Part shown: positions 51,065 through 63,563 of the stretch, piece after piece
Layout of the letters: every line of letters begins with the position of its first letter
How positions within the stretch are numbered: position 1 is the stretch's first letter
DNA from: Octopus bimaculoides
Lineage: Eukaryota
Direction: 5' to 3'
Assembly (NCBI RefSeq): GCF_001194135.2
Contig: NC_069001.1
Location: forward strand, 18,899,401 to 18,963,400
DNA length: 64,000 bases
Notes under the pieces: generated by a model
The model's database searches: none
What the model was told of the DNA's origin: nothing
The model's input: the letters and a program-made list of their open reading frames with translations, nothing else
Program-made: the position numbers and the translations under genes

Positions 51065-51996
51065 AAGCGGTGGTTCTAGAAATTCTGAGCCAGAAACTAC
51101 AGCCTAGAAGATGAGCCTTGTCCTGGAAGATCTGTGGAGTTCAATGAGGATGTCCTGCAAACCCTGGTGGAACAAAATCCCATCGTAACTGTTGAGGAAC
51201 TAGCAGAGAAGATTGGATTTCATCATTCAACCATCCATCAACACCTGAATGCTATTGAAAAGTCAGAAAATTGGGTCAATGGGTTCCTCACAAACTTAGA
51301 GAATGAATGTGTGCTCTTCTTTGCTGCCATGTCTCATGAATGAACTATGTTTGGACCATATAGTGACTGGTGATGAGAAATGGGTTCTCTATAAAAATGT
51401 CAAGCACCGAAGAATGTGGGTAGGGAAAGGAGAAGCACCAGCACCCCAGGCTAAAGAAGGTCTACACCCATGTAAGGTATTGTTATCTGTTTGATGGGAT
51501 ATGAATGATTTAGTCCACTTTGAACTTTTAAACCCAAACCAAATGATAAAGATCTACTGCAAGCAGCTTGAGTGGCTTAAGTCTGTTCTAGAAGAAAAAC
51601 GACCATCTTTGGTTTCAAGATGAAAAGTGTTCTTCCTTCAGGATAATGCTTGGCCACATACAGTGAGGATGACATTCCAAAGGCTGGAGCAGTTTGAATG
51701 GGAAATGATGCCCCACCTACCATATTTGTCAGACTGATTATCATTTATTTCACAGTCTTCAAAATCATTTGGACAGAAAAAATATGAATTCTGTAGACAA
51801 GGTTAGAACAGTACTGGAGGAGAATTTTTTGTCATTGACAAGTAAATTTTGGAAGAGGGGCCTTGCAAGTCTCCCAGATGGAAGAGAATTGTGGAAAATG
51901 AAGAATATACTTTACATTTAAAAAGAACTTTGTTTATCTTAATTTTGAAAATAAAAGAAGTATAAAAAAAACTGCATTATTTATGGGATGACCTGA
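51065..51996 (+). mobile_element. Mariner pseudogene (same family as 5580-6493) with right TIR
   Basis: IVTGDEKWVLYKNVKHRR, QDNAWPH; ends GGGATGACCTGA-TA. Confidence 0.9.
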
Positions 51997-52192
51997 TATA
52001 TAAGCCCATATGTATTTGTATACATACATACATACATACATACATACATACATACATGCATGCATTACATACAAATAACAGCTCTTGAACCAAACATTAA
52101 TTTTTGATGAGGCATACTTTTGTTGCTTGATGAAGGATACTCTCCTAAAGCTAAATTTGGTAGTTCTAGTATGTTGTACAATTTATCTTCAA

Positions 52193-53000
52193 CTAGCAGA
52201 ACCTGTAATATTTCACTTAATTAATGGTAAACCTTATTTCTGAAAACTTAATCCAAAAACCTGACAGTATAACCTGTGTTGTGTTTGTATGGAAAGATAG
52301 TTGCTCATCTGCTACTCATTGAAAAGGAAAAGAAACTGGAGTATGATGAGTACTTAATGCACTTCATAAATACACTTTATATACTTTATGCACAATTTTA
52401 TAGAAGTATTCGCTCTTATTTTTTCCATTTCCCCCATAAACTAAAAAATATCCTGTACATATGATACAACCTTTAGTTAAATTGCATATATATCTGCCAC
52501 ATAAATAAATGTGAATATTTCATAGAAATTACACTTATACACATGCATTAAGTGATAGGTAATATAAAAAAACTTAGTTCAATTAAAAAATACACTTTTC
52601 GCTTTCCAAGCACCACCATTTTTCCCCTTGCTCTCTGTGCCTTCCTGTGACCTCACCATCAGAACATCACCCCTCTGCTAAAATTATACTTTTAACTCTC
52701 CTTCTCTATACCATCACTACCTTCAACTAACGTTTTTAACCACATAATGAATATTACATTCACTCTACCTCACATCATGTACGCTTCTCTCTTCCTCTTT
52801 CTATCTCACTTTTTGCCTTATCCTCCTTCTCTCTCTCTCCTTTTTGTTTCTCCTCCTTTTCCTTTCAACTAGTCATGTGAAAGCATTACAATTACATTCC
52901 CTCTATCTCACGTCATGGCTGCTTCTCTCTCCCTCTTTTTCTCTAATCATGTGAAAATGTTACCGACAGGCTAAGTAACATAATGACAAACAGATATTGC
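52193..53000 (-). mobile_element. Non-autonomous Helitron-like element, copy 1
   Basis: Minus-strand CTAG^T 3' end; colinear with 55127-56010. Confidence 0.55.
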
Positions 53001-54325
53001 AGCATTCCACATTTTGAATCACTTGTAATTTAGAGAAAAAAATTTCATACTTCCACCTCTTCATTTTAATCTTCACAATTAAAATCCCCCTCCCCAAAAA
53101 ACAAATGGAGATATTTGATTTATGCATGATAGTTTTCCCCAAATGTTTTTCTATAAAAATACAAATTATAAGTGTTCCAAAATGCGGAATGCTACATGAT
53201 GAAAAATACAAAATAAGTTGCAGCTTGAGTTCCAAAGGGATAATGAGGGGATGGGTAGACATTTAAAAAAGCAGGGGAGTGTTTTGAAATGTGGAAACAT
53301 TTCCAGTTGCCTTTGGGTAATCTCTTGTATATATACACATACAAGCACACTTATATATACATACATTTGATATTGGTATCAAAGAAAGTGAGCAGATCCC
53401 TAGAAAAAACTTACTGGAGACCACTGTCTTGTACAGTGTTAAAACAAGAACATAGATACATAAGTACACACATACACTTCTATGTGTAAATGTTCTTGCT
53501 GTTCTTGTCATTATTGATGTTGATGTTTTTTGTACTGTACTGTGTTTTCTCTTTCTTAATACTCTTTTTGGAATTTTATGACCAACTTTGTTAGTAAACT
53601 TTGGATCTTTTTAAATTTATTTTTGTTCTCTTTTTTTTTTTTTTTTTTTTTTTTCCAAAAGATCAAGCAACATTTTCATATCGATTTTTAAACACTATTT
53701 TCTAAACCTGAGTGTACTATTGAAAAATACAGAGGGTACTGACATCCATCACCCTCTTTTGGCCGATGCCTCCCCTGGATTTTTCCTTCACCCACTTTGG
53801 AAACAACTGTATTAAACTATAATTAATTCATGTGTTCTATTGGTGTGTTGTGGAACACACACACACCCTGCACATGAACTCATGCTCAGAATTGAATTAG
53901 CAGAAAGGTTAGTGTTGGACAGAACACTTCATGGTATCTGTTTCAACTCTCACTACTCTGAGATCAAATCCCGCCGAGGCCAACTTTATCTTTCATCCAC
54001 TTGGGGTCAATGAAATACCAGCCCAGAGAGGTGGATCTGTGAAATTGTGGGGCTATTGGACAAGATGTCTTGCAGCATTTGTTCTGTATGCTTGTATTAA
54101 GAAACAACCTCCTTTTACAGGTCACTGTAATAAGAATATGGTCATCAGGATCCAGCTAATTTTGGTGTGCCTAAAATGTCAGATAAAGCAACATACTTAA
54201 CAATTTGTATGATTGTGAAACACAGAACTTGTATGAGAAACTGAGAGGATTGATTGATAGATAGCTTCTCATAGATATATATAAATATGCTCCTACTCAC
54301 ATTCTATGTTTCTTGTTTGTTTCAG

Positions 54326-54361
54326 ACACATCTACTGGACTATAGGATCTAATCCGGCCAT
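54326..54361 (+). CDS. Candidate 36-nt coding exon of an unidentified host gene (xHIYWTIGSNPA)
   Basis: Branch-like TACTCAC (54294-54300), pyrimidine tract plus TTTCAG, donor AT|GTGAGT. Length is a multiple of 3 and only one frame is open. Confidence 0.5.
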
Positions 54362-54476
54362 GTGAGTTAGTGCGTGAAGATTTCACTATTTCAAGGTCAG
54401 TTATTATATATCAACCCATTAGCCTTGTTTATACGCATCAGATCCTCTCATCCATTGCCGCTATACATGCACATAC

Positions 54477-54533
<57 letters not shown>

Positions 54534-54682
54534 NNNNNNNNNNCTTTGGTCTTTCAATTTACCTCAATTGATCAATAGACCAATTGAGTAAACCTATCTA
54601 TAATGACTGCTGGAAACAGCTGTCAGCCAAATTTGCTATAATAAAGGAATTATATGTAATCACCATTACTTTAACTTGTCTA

Positions 54683-54720
<38 letters not shown>

Positions 54721-55013
54721 GATGGATAGTTTGTTGTTTTGTTCATTTGTTTAACCATACTTACATGAGTTGGTTGGAGATAAATTTGAGGTAATATATT
54801 TTTATGACCACACACCCTTAGTGTCAACAACCCTTACCTCATTTTCAAACAAAGGATTTCTTTTATTCCACTTATTTTTGAATGGGTAGAGTGACTATAT
54901 ATATATATATATATATATATATGGGAGAATGTACGAAAAAACAACAACAGATGAGGACAGGTGGTGTAAATAACAAAAGGATGTATTAGTATGACGCTCG
55001 GGAATACGGAAAG

Positions 55014-55050
55014 TCTTTGACGTTTCGAGCTACGCTCTTCAACAGAAAGA
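55014..55050 (-). ncRNA. Minimal hammerhead-like motif (A6U variant, no helix III loop) in a short repeat at about 54905-55115
   Basis: UCUUU-CUGUUGA-A-GAGC-GUA-GCUC-GAAAC-GUC^AAAGA. Confidence 0.6.
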
Positions 55051-55126
55051 ATACGGAGACAAGGAGAAAAACACGGAGAAAACAAATTTGAATAGTGTTC
55101 AGTCAACGGTCACATATACATATATA

Positions 55127-56010
55127 CTAGCAGGACCCATGAATATTTAATGGAATTAATGGTAAACCTACTGGGTTATTTCTGAAAACTTTATCCAAAA
55201 CACCTGAAAATATAACTTCTGTTGTGTCTGTATGGAAAGATCTGCTATTCATTGAAAAGTGGAAGAAACTGGAATATGAGGATTACTTAATGCACTTTAT
55301 ATATATGCTTTATATACTTCATGCACAATTTTATTGACTAATTCACAGCACTCATAAAATAAATATTCACTCTTATTTTTCCCATAAAAAAAATATCCCA
55401 TACATATGATACAACCTTTAGTTAAGTTGCATATATTTGCCACGTAAATAAGCAAGAATATTTCACAATTGCATTTATGCACATGTGTTAAGTGATAGGT
55501 GTTATAAAAAAAACTTAGTTCAATTTTAAAAAATACACTTTACACTATTCAGTCATCACCTCCATCTCTACCATCATTATTTCTCTCCCTCTTCTCTCTC
55601 ACTTCTCTCTTTGCCTTTTTTTAACCTCACCATCAGAACATCACCCCTCTGCTAAAATTATATTTTAAACTTTCCTCCTCTATACCATCACTACTTTCAA
55701 CTAACGTTTTTAACCATGTAATAAATATTACATTCCCCCTACCTCACATCATGGACGCTTCTCTCTCCTTTTTCTTTCTCTTTCTTTCTATCTCACTCTT
55801 CACCTTATCCTCTTTTTCTCTCTCTTTTTTTCTTCCTCTTTGCTTTCCCTTCAACTAATCACATGGAAGCATTATAATTACATTCCCTCTATCTCACGTC
55901 ATGGACACTTCTGTCTCCCACTTTTTTTTGTTTTTTTCTCACTCCCTCTTTTCTTTCTCCTTCTTTTTCTCTAATCATGTGAAAGCGTTACCGATGGGCT
56001 AAGTAACAGA
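55127..56010 (-). mobile_element. Non-autonomous Helitron-like element, copy 2
   Basis: Same ACTAGCAG terminus and body as 52193-53000. Confidence 0.55.
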
Positions 56011-56537
56011 ATGACAAGCAGAATAAGATGGTCTACAGGAAATGGGAATATGGCATTCCTGTATTAGTCAGATGGTGTGAAGACACAAAATTTCCACATT
56101 CATGCACACACACACACACACATATCTGAGCTGATGACGACTGCATGAGAGAAGTCACTAACTGAATCAAATTGAAGAAAAGAGCAAAGGCTAGAGTAAA
56201 ATCTATGGTATCAGGTCTACCTCTCCATCTGCTCTTCCACCCCTACCATATACTTTAGTATCTGCAACGATGATTGTGTGTGTGGATGCACATACATGCA
56301 TATACACACACAATTATATATTATTATATATAACTGTGTCTGTGGGTGTAGAAATAGAAGTTTCACTTTCAGATTTGTTTTAATTAAACTCGTAAATGAT
56401 TCCACTTCTTAACAGTTGACCTACAATCCCACAAAAGAACTAAATATTGTCAAAGCACACAACACACACATCTATGTGAGTGAGTCTGTCTATGTTAGTG
56501 TCATCAGGTGCGTTTTGCCTCCCCCTCTCACACCAGT

Positions 56538-59140
56538 TTATTATTATTATTATTATTATTTTACTTCTAATCTGCATGTTTGTTACAGTCACTTGCCAAG
56601 ACACACCCAGTGTCCTAGGGCAAGTGAAGGATAAGAGATGTTACAGTATGACTGAAAGCTGTTCATACCAGTTAGCAGGAGTGCTGATTTTGTTGTGTTT
56701 ACATATTTTCCAGTGTAAATACTGTCCTACCCTATCGTGGCGATTTTTGTTTGTGTTTGGTGTCAGCACAAGACATCCTGAGATGAGATGGTCTATTGTT
56801 TCGTCAAATGTGTCAAAGAATCTGCATTTAGGGTAAGAACTGTTTTGGAGAATGTTAGCTTGGTAGTTTTTTGTGAGCAAGCTTTGATCTTATGCCTCCA
56901 ATATGAAAGCTTCAGTCTCTGCTTTCAGTCCTGAGCTTCTCAGCCATTGATGGGTTGTTGCTTGATCTACATTTCAACTTTGAAGTATTTACTGTCCATG
57001 CAGAGGCTTCTGGCTCCACCACTCCTCAGTTTGTTTCTGCCCATTCTTTTTTGCAGTCTGTTTGATCCATTTTGCTTGTTTTGTGGCAGTGGTTTCAGGT
57101 TCTTCAAATATTAATGCCAAGTTCCCTTGCAAATTTGCAAGCTTCCTTGACAATAGAATGTGATTTTTTGCTGCTTTTATGTTTGCACACAAGTTGCAGC
57201 ATCTAATCCTCTTTTGCTGTCCATTGCTATTGTGGAGGTCTTATAGCACAGTTCTACCTGCATCATTCCTCTTCCCCCATTACTTCTAGGTAGGTACAGA
57301 TCAACATCTGCTCTTGAGTGATGCAAGTTGGTAGTTTTCTTGTCTTCCTGTCCAGGCGTTGGAGCTCTATAAGATTCTAGTTAATGATGTTAAAACTATA
57401 TTGGACTTCTGGAAGTGCCAGGGTGTTAATGGCTTTGATGCGATTTTTAGAGTTGAGTTCAGTTTTTAATATGAGTCTTATTCTCCTGTAATATTCCTTT
57501 CTTATTTTTTTCGTTCATGGTAGCATGTTGTATACCATCTCCTTCATTTATTCCCAGGTATTTGTAATTTTGTTATGGGTCAAGTTCCTTGATGGTAGTG
57601 TAGGTATCTAATTTAATGGAAGCTGTTTGCCTGAGCTTGCCTCTTACAAAAGTTGTTTTAACACACGTATCAAGGCCAAAGTCTATCCTGATGTCATTAC
57701 TGAATTCTTTAACAGTTGTTAGCAGCTCTGCTAGCTCTTTGTCATTTCTAACAAACAACTTCAGATCATCCATATAAAACAGATTTTTTTTTATTGTTGT
57801 ATCATAAACTTTGAACCCATACCTGGTGTTATTTAGTTCATTTGATAGTGGGATCAGTGCCATGCAAAAAAGTAATGGGGAGAGGGAGTGACCTTGAAAG
57901 ATGCCTTGTTTGATGTTGATGATGCTTGTTTGGCTCATTCCACTACTATGGTTTAGAAGGAGACGTGTGTTCCATTTGGCCATGCTACCTTGTAAGAATT
58001 TGAAGATGGCAAGAGAGATCTTAAATATTTCAAGGGCCTTGAGTATCCAATTATGTGGGGCACTATCAAATGCTTTACTCTAGTCTATCCATGCCATACT
58101 CAGGTTCTTCTTTTTGCTCCGGCAATTCTCTACAATCATTTTACTTATGAGTAATTGATCTTTGAATCCATAAGAATTCCTTTTGCAACCTTTTTGAGCT
58201 TTTGGAAGGATAGATCGCTGTTCAAGTAAATTGTATATTCTGTCAGTTAATATGGATGTGAGGATCTTGTAAGTGGTGTTGAGACATGTTATTGGTCGGT
58301 AGTTCTTTGGATTTTCTGTCAGACAATTTAACCAGAAGTTAGGAATTCGGTCCAGTCCTGAGGTTTTTCCATTTGTGAGGCTTCCTAAGCACACATCTTA
58401 GCTCTTCTATTCCTATTGCCTCCCATTTCTGCTCTTCCACTTCATCCAGTCTCACTTTCTCATGCTCTATCCAGTCTGCTTTATTGTTATATTCGTTTTT
58501 GTTGCTCCATATCTTCTCTCAGAACTCTTCCATTTCCTCAGTCTTAGGTGGCTCCTTTACTTCTATCTTACTTTTGCCAATTTCCCTATAAAATTTCTTT
58601 GCATCTGTCTTGAATATCTTGTTTTGTTGATAAAATTTGACTCTTTTGTCATACTTTCTAATCTGTTGGACTTTCAGTTGTATTTGTTGTTTCAATTGTT
58701 CATTGGTTGCAGGGAGGTTTATAAAATCTTTGATTTTATATTTTCGTTTGAGTTTTCTAGCTTGTTTCGTCTTAACATTTACTCCTCTAGCAAGTTCATC
58801 GAGAACTGATACATCCACCCGCAGAGATTCAATCTCTTTTTGTATTGCTATTTTCCGCTTAGCAGGTCTATTGACATGGTTGGTCCTTTTCTCTGTCGTC
58901 CTGATACCTAGTTGAGCAGTTACAACTTTAGCAGTGGAATAGCTGAGGTTATTTAAGGTTGTTAAGTAATTTCTCTTATTACTTAAGATCTGTCTAAGAG
59001 CAACATTATAGATCATGATTATGTTGTTGCTTTTTATGCTGTTTGAGAACTTTGTCAGTGGTTGTCTATTGATGATGTCAGTAGACTCAGTCTTGCTGAG
59101 TTCTCTCATAATATCTTCTTTTGCTTCTATGATCGGCATA
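56538..59140 (-). mobile_element. R4/Dong-like non-LTR retrotransposon, 5'-truncated, frameshifted, (TAA)n tail
   Basis: NYRPITCLNTTYK...AWID*SKAFDS...GIFQGHSLSPLLF...FYMDDLKLF RT motifs; CRF...ETIDHLISGC...RHD zinc-knuckle-like region. Confidence 0.92.
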
Positions 59141-59144
59141 ACTA

Positions 59145-60186
59145 CAGGGTTTTACCCCCCAGACTTTGGGAGGTCATAACTTTCAGAAAAATGAATATTT
59201 TTTAATGAAATTTTTTATGCATATAGTATTTACTATGTAGAATCCGAATATACAAACATTTCCGGTGAAAGTGTTTTGGAATGGGGGTGGGGGACAATTT
59301 TCGGAAATTCCAACAGAGTCCATTTAAATTCTTCTTAACTTCCAGGAAAATTAATATTTTTTCGTGAAAGTTTCTACAAATATAACTTTTTTTTCAANNN
59401 NNNNNNNNNNNNNNNNNNNNNNNNNNNNNNNNNNNNNNNNNNNNNNNNNNNNNNNNNNNNNNNNNNNNNNNNNNNNNNNNNNNNNNNNNNNNNNNNNNNN
59501 NNNNNNNNNNNNNNNNNNNNNNNNNNNNNNNNNNNNNNNNNNNNNNNNNNNNNNNNNNNNNNNNNNNNNNNNNNNNNNNNNNNNNNNNNNNNNNNNNNNN
59601 NNNNNNNNNNNNNNNNNNNNNNNNNNNNNNNNNNNNNNNNNNNNNNNNNNNNNNNNNNNNNNNNNNNNNNNNNNNNNNNNNNNNNNNNNNNNNNNNNNNN
59701 NNNNNNNNNNNNNNNNNNNNNNNNNNNNNNNNNNNNNNNNNNNNNNNNNNNNNNNNNNNNNNNNNNNNNNNNNNNNNNNNNNNNNNNNNNNNNNNNNNNN
59801 NNNNNNNNNNNNNNNNNNNNNNNNNNNNNNNNNNNNNNNNNNNNNNNNNNNNNNNNNNNNNNNNNNNNNNNNNNNNNNNNNNNNNNNNNNNNNNNNNNNN
59901 NNNNNNNNNNNNNNNNNNNNNNNNGAGTGGGGAACGCTTCTCAAAAATAACCTGCAGTTGTTTCCTTCAAAATTCCTACATGCTCGAAATGTACATACAT
60001 CAAGGTATATTTGTAGAAAATTTCACGAATAAATATTAATTTTCCTGGAAGTTAAGAAGAATTTAAGTGGACTCTGTTGGAATTTCCGAAAATTGTCCCC
60101 CACCCCCATTCCAAAACACTTTCACCGGAAATTTTTGTATATTCGGATTCTACAGAGTAAATACTATATGCATAGAAAATTTCATC
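59145..60186. mobile_element. Long-TIR (fold-back) element around a gap
   Basis: 59206-59383 is a near-perfect reverse complement of 60006-60186. Confidence 0.75.
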
Positions 60187-60450
60187 AGGGTAGGATAGAA
60201 TGTTGTGTAGAATTAAGCAAGAAGCAAACTTATCTGCACATAGCTGAATGGATGCGAGTGAAATAAGATAGGTAATCCATAATGAAGAGCACGTTGGCTA
60301 GGCAGCTTATTTATATGAGTAGCCAAAAGGATGGCTGATGGAAATGAAGACCATGGTAGTTTCCAAAACAAAACATGGTGACTCAAGCTACTAGCAAAAT
60401 TAAAAGCTGATATGAACAAAATTGAAAAGTTGTTTTCAAAGCAAGAACAC

Positions 60451-60499
<49 letters not shown>

Positions 60500-60569
60500 T
60501 ACTAGTTATTATTTTTACTATTGTTTTATACCCAGAATAAGTACTACTTTGGTTCATTAAAATATAGTG

Positions 60570-61437
60570 ATGTCAGTGTACATGGATGTGTATTGTCAGT
60601 GTGCATACTCGACGGAGTATAAGTGCCTTGAGAGAAAAGTTAGACCTAAGAAGCATCAGATGTGGTGTGCAAGAGAGACGACTGCGCTGGTATTGTCATG
60701 TGGTGCGAATGGATGAGGATAGCTGTGTGAAAAGTGTTTCACCCTAGCAGTTGAGGGAAACTGTGGAAGAGGTAGACCCAGGAAGACCTGGGATGAGGTA
60801 GTGAAGCATGACCTTCGAACATTAGGCCTCACCGAGGCAATGACTAGTGACCGAAACCTTTAGAAATATGCTGTGCTTGAGAAGACCCGGCAAGCCAAGT
60901 GAGACCGTAACCCGTGGCCTATGCCAGGGGTGTAACCAGCCCACTTCAGCATACCTTTCTTTCATTGGACACTAAACTCTGCTTGTGAAGACCTGTTGAG
61001 GCAAGTGAAATCAAATTCGATGACAGCGCCGCATGACTGGTATCCGTGCTAGTAGAGCGCTAAGAGCACCATCCGAGCATGATCGTTGCCAGGGTTGCTG
61101 ACTGGTTTCCATACTGGTGGTACGTAAAAAGCGCCATTCAAGCATGATCGTTACCAGTGTCGCCTTACTGGCACTTGTGCCAGTGGTACGTGACATGTAC
61201 CTGTGCATGTGACATGTAAAAACACCATTTTGAGCGTGGCCGTTGCCAGTACCGCCTGACTGGCCTTCGTGCCGGTGGCACGTAAAAGCACCCACTATAC
61301 TCTCGGAGTGGTTGGTATTAGGAAGGGCATCCAGCTGTAGAAACTCTGCCAGATCAGATTGGAGCCTGGTGCAGCCATCTGGCTCACCAGTCCCATGCCA
61401 GCATGGAAAGTGGACATTAAATGATGATGATGATGAT
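60570..61437 (+). mobile_element. RTE LINE 3' end, young
   Basis: RLRWYCHVVRMDED...GRGRPRKTW; 3' UTR with reiterated CACGTAAAAAGCACC modules and (GAT)n tail. Confidence 0.9.
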
Positions 61438-63228
61438 ATTCAACAAAGAATTAAGTAAAAGAAGGTAAAAGAATATTGAAATAGTTTATAACTGTTTTTA
61501 TTTCTATGTACAACAAACCACAGACAGGAAATTTGACAATCAAACAATGTCTGTGTAAACAATATTTTTAGTGAATTTAAAATTTTTAGAATTAGTATGC
61601 CAGTGAGATCCTCTTGTATATATTTCTTCATTCATGGCAAACAGTTCAAAAATAAAATTAATTTTCAAGTGGCTGTATGAAAATAAAGTATTTTCCAAAA
61701 TGATTGAATGGAAGAAACTCGCGTGGACAGTGCCTATGAGTCATCTAGGTTAGTTGTGTGTTAGATGAGAGATTGAGATAAAAACAGTGATAGATAAATT
61801 GACAGATCAACCAACAGATAGATGGCTGGCTGGCTGGCTGGCTATTTTCTTTTCATTTTGTAATAAACTTACTTCTTTTAAAGGAAATTTCTAGAAGTGC
61901 TAGTCTAACATCATATTAAATACATGTATGTGTATCTGTGCATATGTATACAAGGAGAGGGTTTCAAAATAAAACTAGAAGTTATACTATTATTAATTTA
62001 GCATGTCAGACAAAATACTTAGCATAATTTCTTCAAGGTCAACTTTGCCTTTCATCCTTTTAGAGTTCGATAAAATAAAGTACCACACAAGTACTGGTAG
62101 TGGTGTAATCAGCTAACCTCTTCCTCCAAAATTTCAGGTTTTGTGCCTAAGGTAGGAAGGATTATTGTTACTAACAGGACCTGTGGAAATTCCACAGTGT
62201 AAGTCAGCATATTTGAAAACATTGTCTTTCTGTTAAACACAAGCAAGGAATTTCAAAAACTTTCTTTGAAATACTGCTATTTAATCAAAACTGTACTTTC
62301 AAATATAATCGAAAAGAACTTACAAGGTATTGCTTATTTACCTTCTTTTAGTCAAAGTCATTTACCAATTGAGATTATTTTCATTTTATTTCAGTTCAGC
62401 TCCATAACGATCTTTTAATGTATAAATTCATGATATTGTTTCACTATGTTAAACATTTTGACTGTGCCTGTAACTGCAGGCACAGTCAAACATGTAAATG
62501 CAGAATAATATAGACATCTTCCTTCTCCTTCTCCTCTCTCTCTATCTCTTAGTCTTCCCTTCTCTCTCTAGATATATAGTTCTCCAATCAAATTATTACC
62601 TCCCTTGCTGTAAGTGTAACACATGGACAAGACAGTAAGGCAGGAATGTGTAGAATAACAATATAGATTAGTATCCATGTGACTACATCTATCCTTCATC
62701 TTGCCTCACCTGTTCATAATGACTTTGATAGTCCATTATATTAACACAGTTGTTGCTGCAGTCTGTAATTTCAGGCATTCACAATAGACTGTCTGAATGG
62801 ATTGAACTAGCCCAGACTAACATTCTCTTCCTGTTAAAATCTCTCAAAACACTTGTGAATGGTGGTAGGTTTGACCTCTCTTGTTGCTTTTATGATCCTC
62901 ATTACTTTGTAACCCAGTAGTGGAGTTCTCCAGATCTGGATTCAGCTGTTTAAGTCAACCCCAGTACATAAATGATACTAAAATTTTACTGACCTCATCC
63001 GTCTTCACATTTTGAGTTCAAATTCCACCAAGGTCATCTTTGTCTTTCATCCTTTTGGAGTCAATAAAATACATTCTAGAAATTACTGGCCTTGACCCAA
63101 AATTTGAAAACAATATTTTACTGACCTTGGAATGATATAAAAATTATCATTGGTGTGATTTGAACTCAAAACATAAACTGTTGTAGTAAATAGGTTCATG
63201 CTCTACTTAGTCTATAGACTCTAATTAA

Positions 63229-63563
63229 TAACAAGAGCACTCAGAAAGTGAAAACCTTCACCAAGGGATGATTTTTAAAATGAGAATATCTGAAATAAAC
63301 TCGACTGCTCTCACAAACGAGAATACTAAAAATGAACCCAACCGCTCTCAAGAATTAAGTAAAAAAAACAGAAAAAGAATCCAGAATCCTTGTCCATGAC
63401 CCAATCAATCCCAAAATCTAATCAGTTCATGCCAGTCATGAGGCCAAACACCCCTGAAAGTTTCATCCGAATCCATCCAGCAGTTCTTTAGATATCCTGT
63501 CCATGGACAAACAAACAAACATGACTGAAAACAATACCTCCGCCTTCGCTAAGGCAGAGGTAA
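63229..63563 (+). mobile_element. Helentron-associated HINE-like element
   Basis: 5' sub-terminal ACCTTCACC, (AAAC)n, and a 3' palindrome ACCTCCGCC-TTCGCTAA-GGCAGAGGT. Confidence 0.65.

Noticed and set aside
62572-62609. Possible 38-nt exon ending at GTAAGT
   Set aside because: The acceptor tract is a CT microsatellite and the peptide is uninformative.
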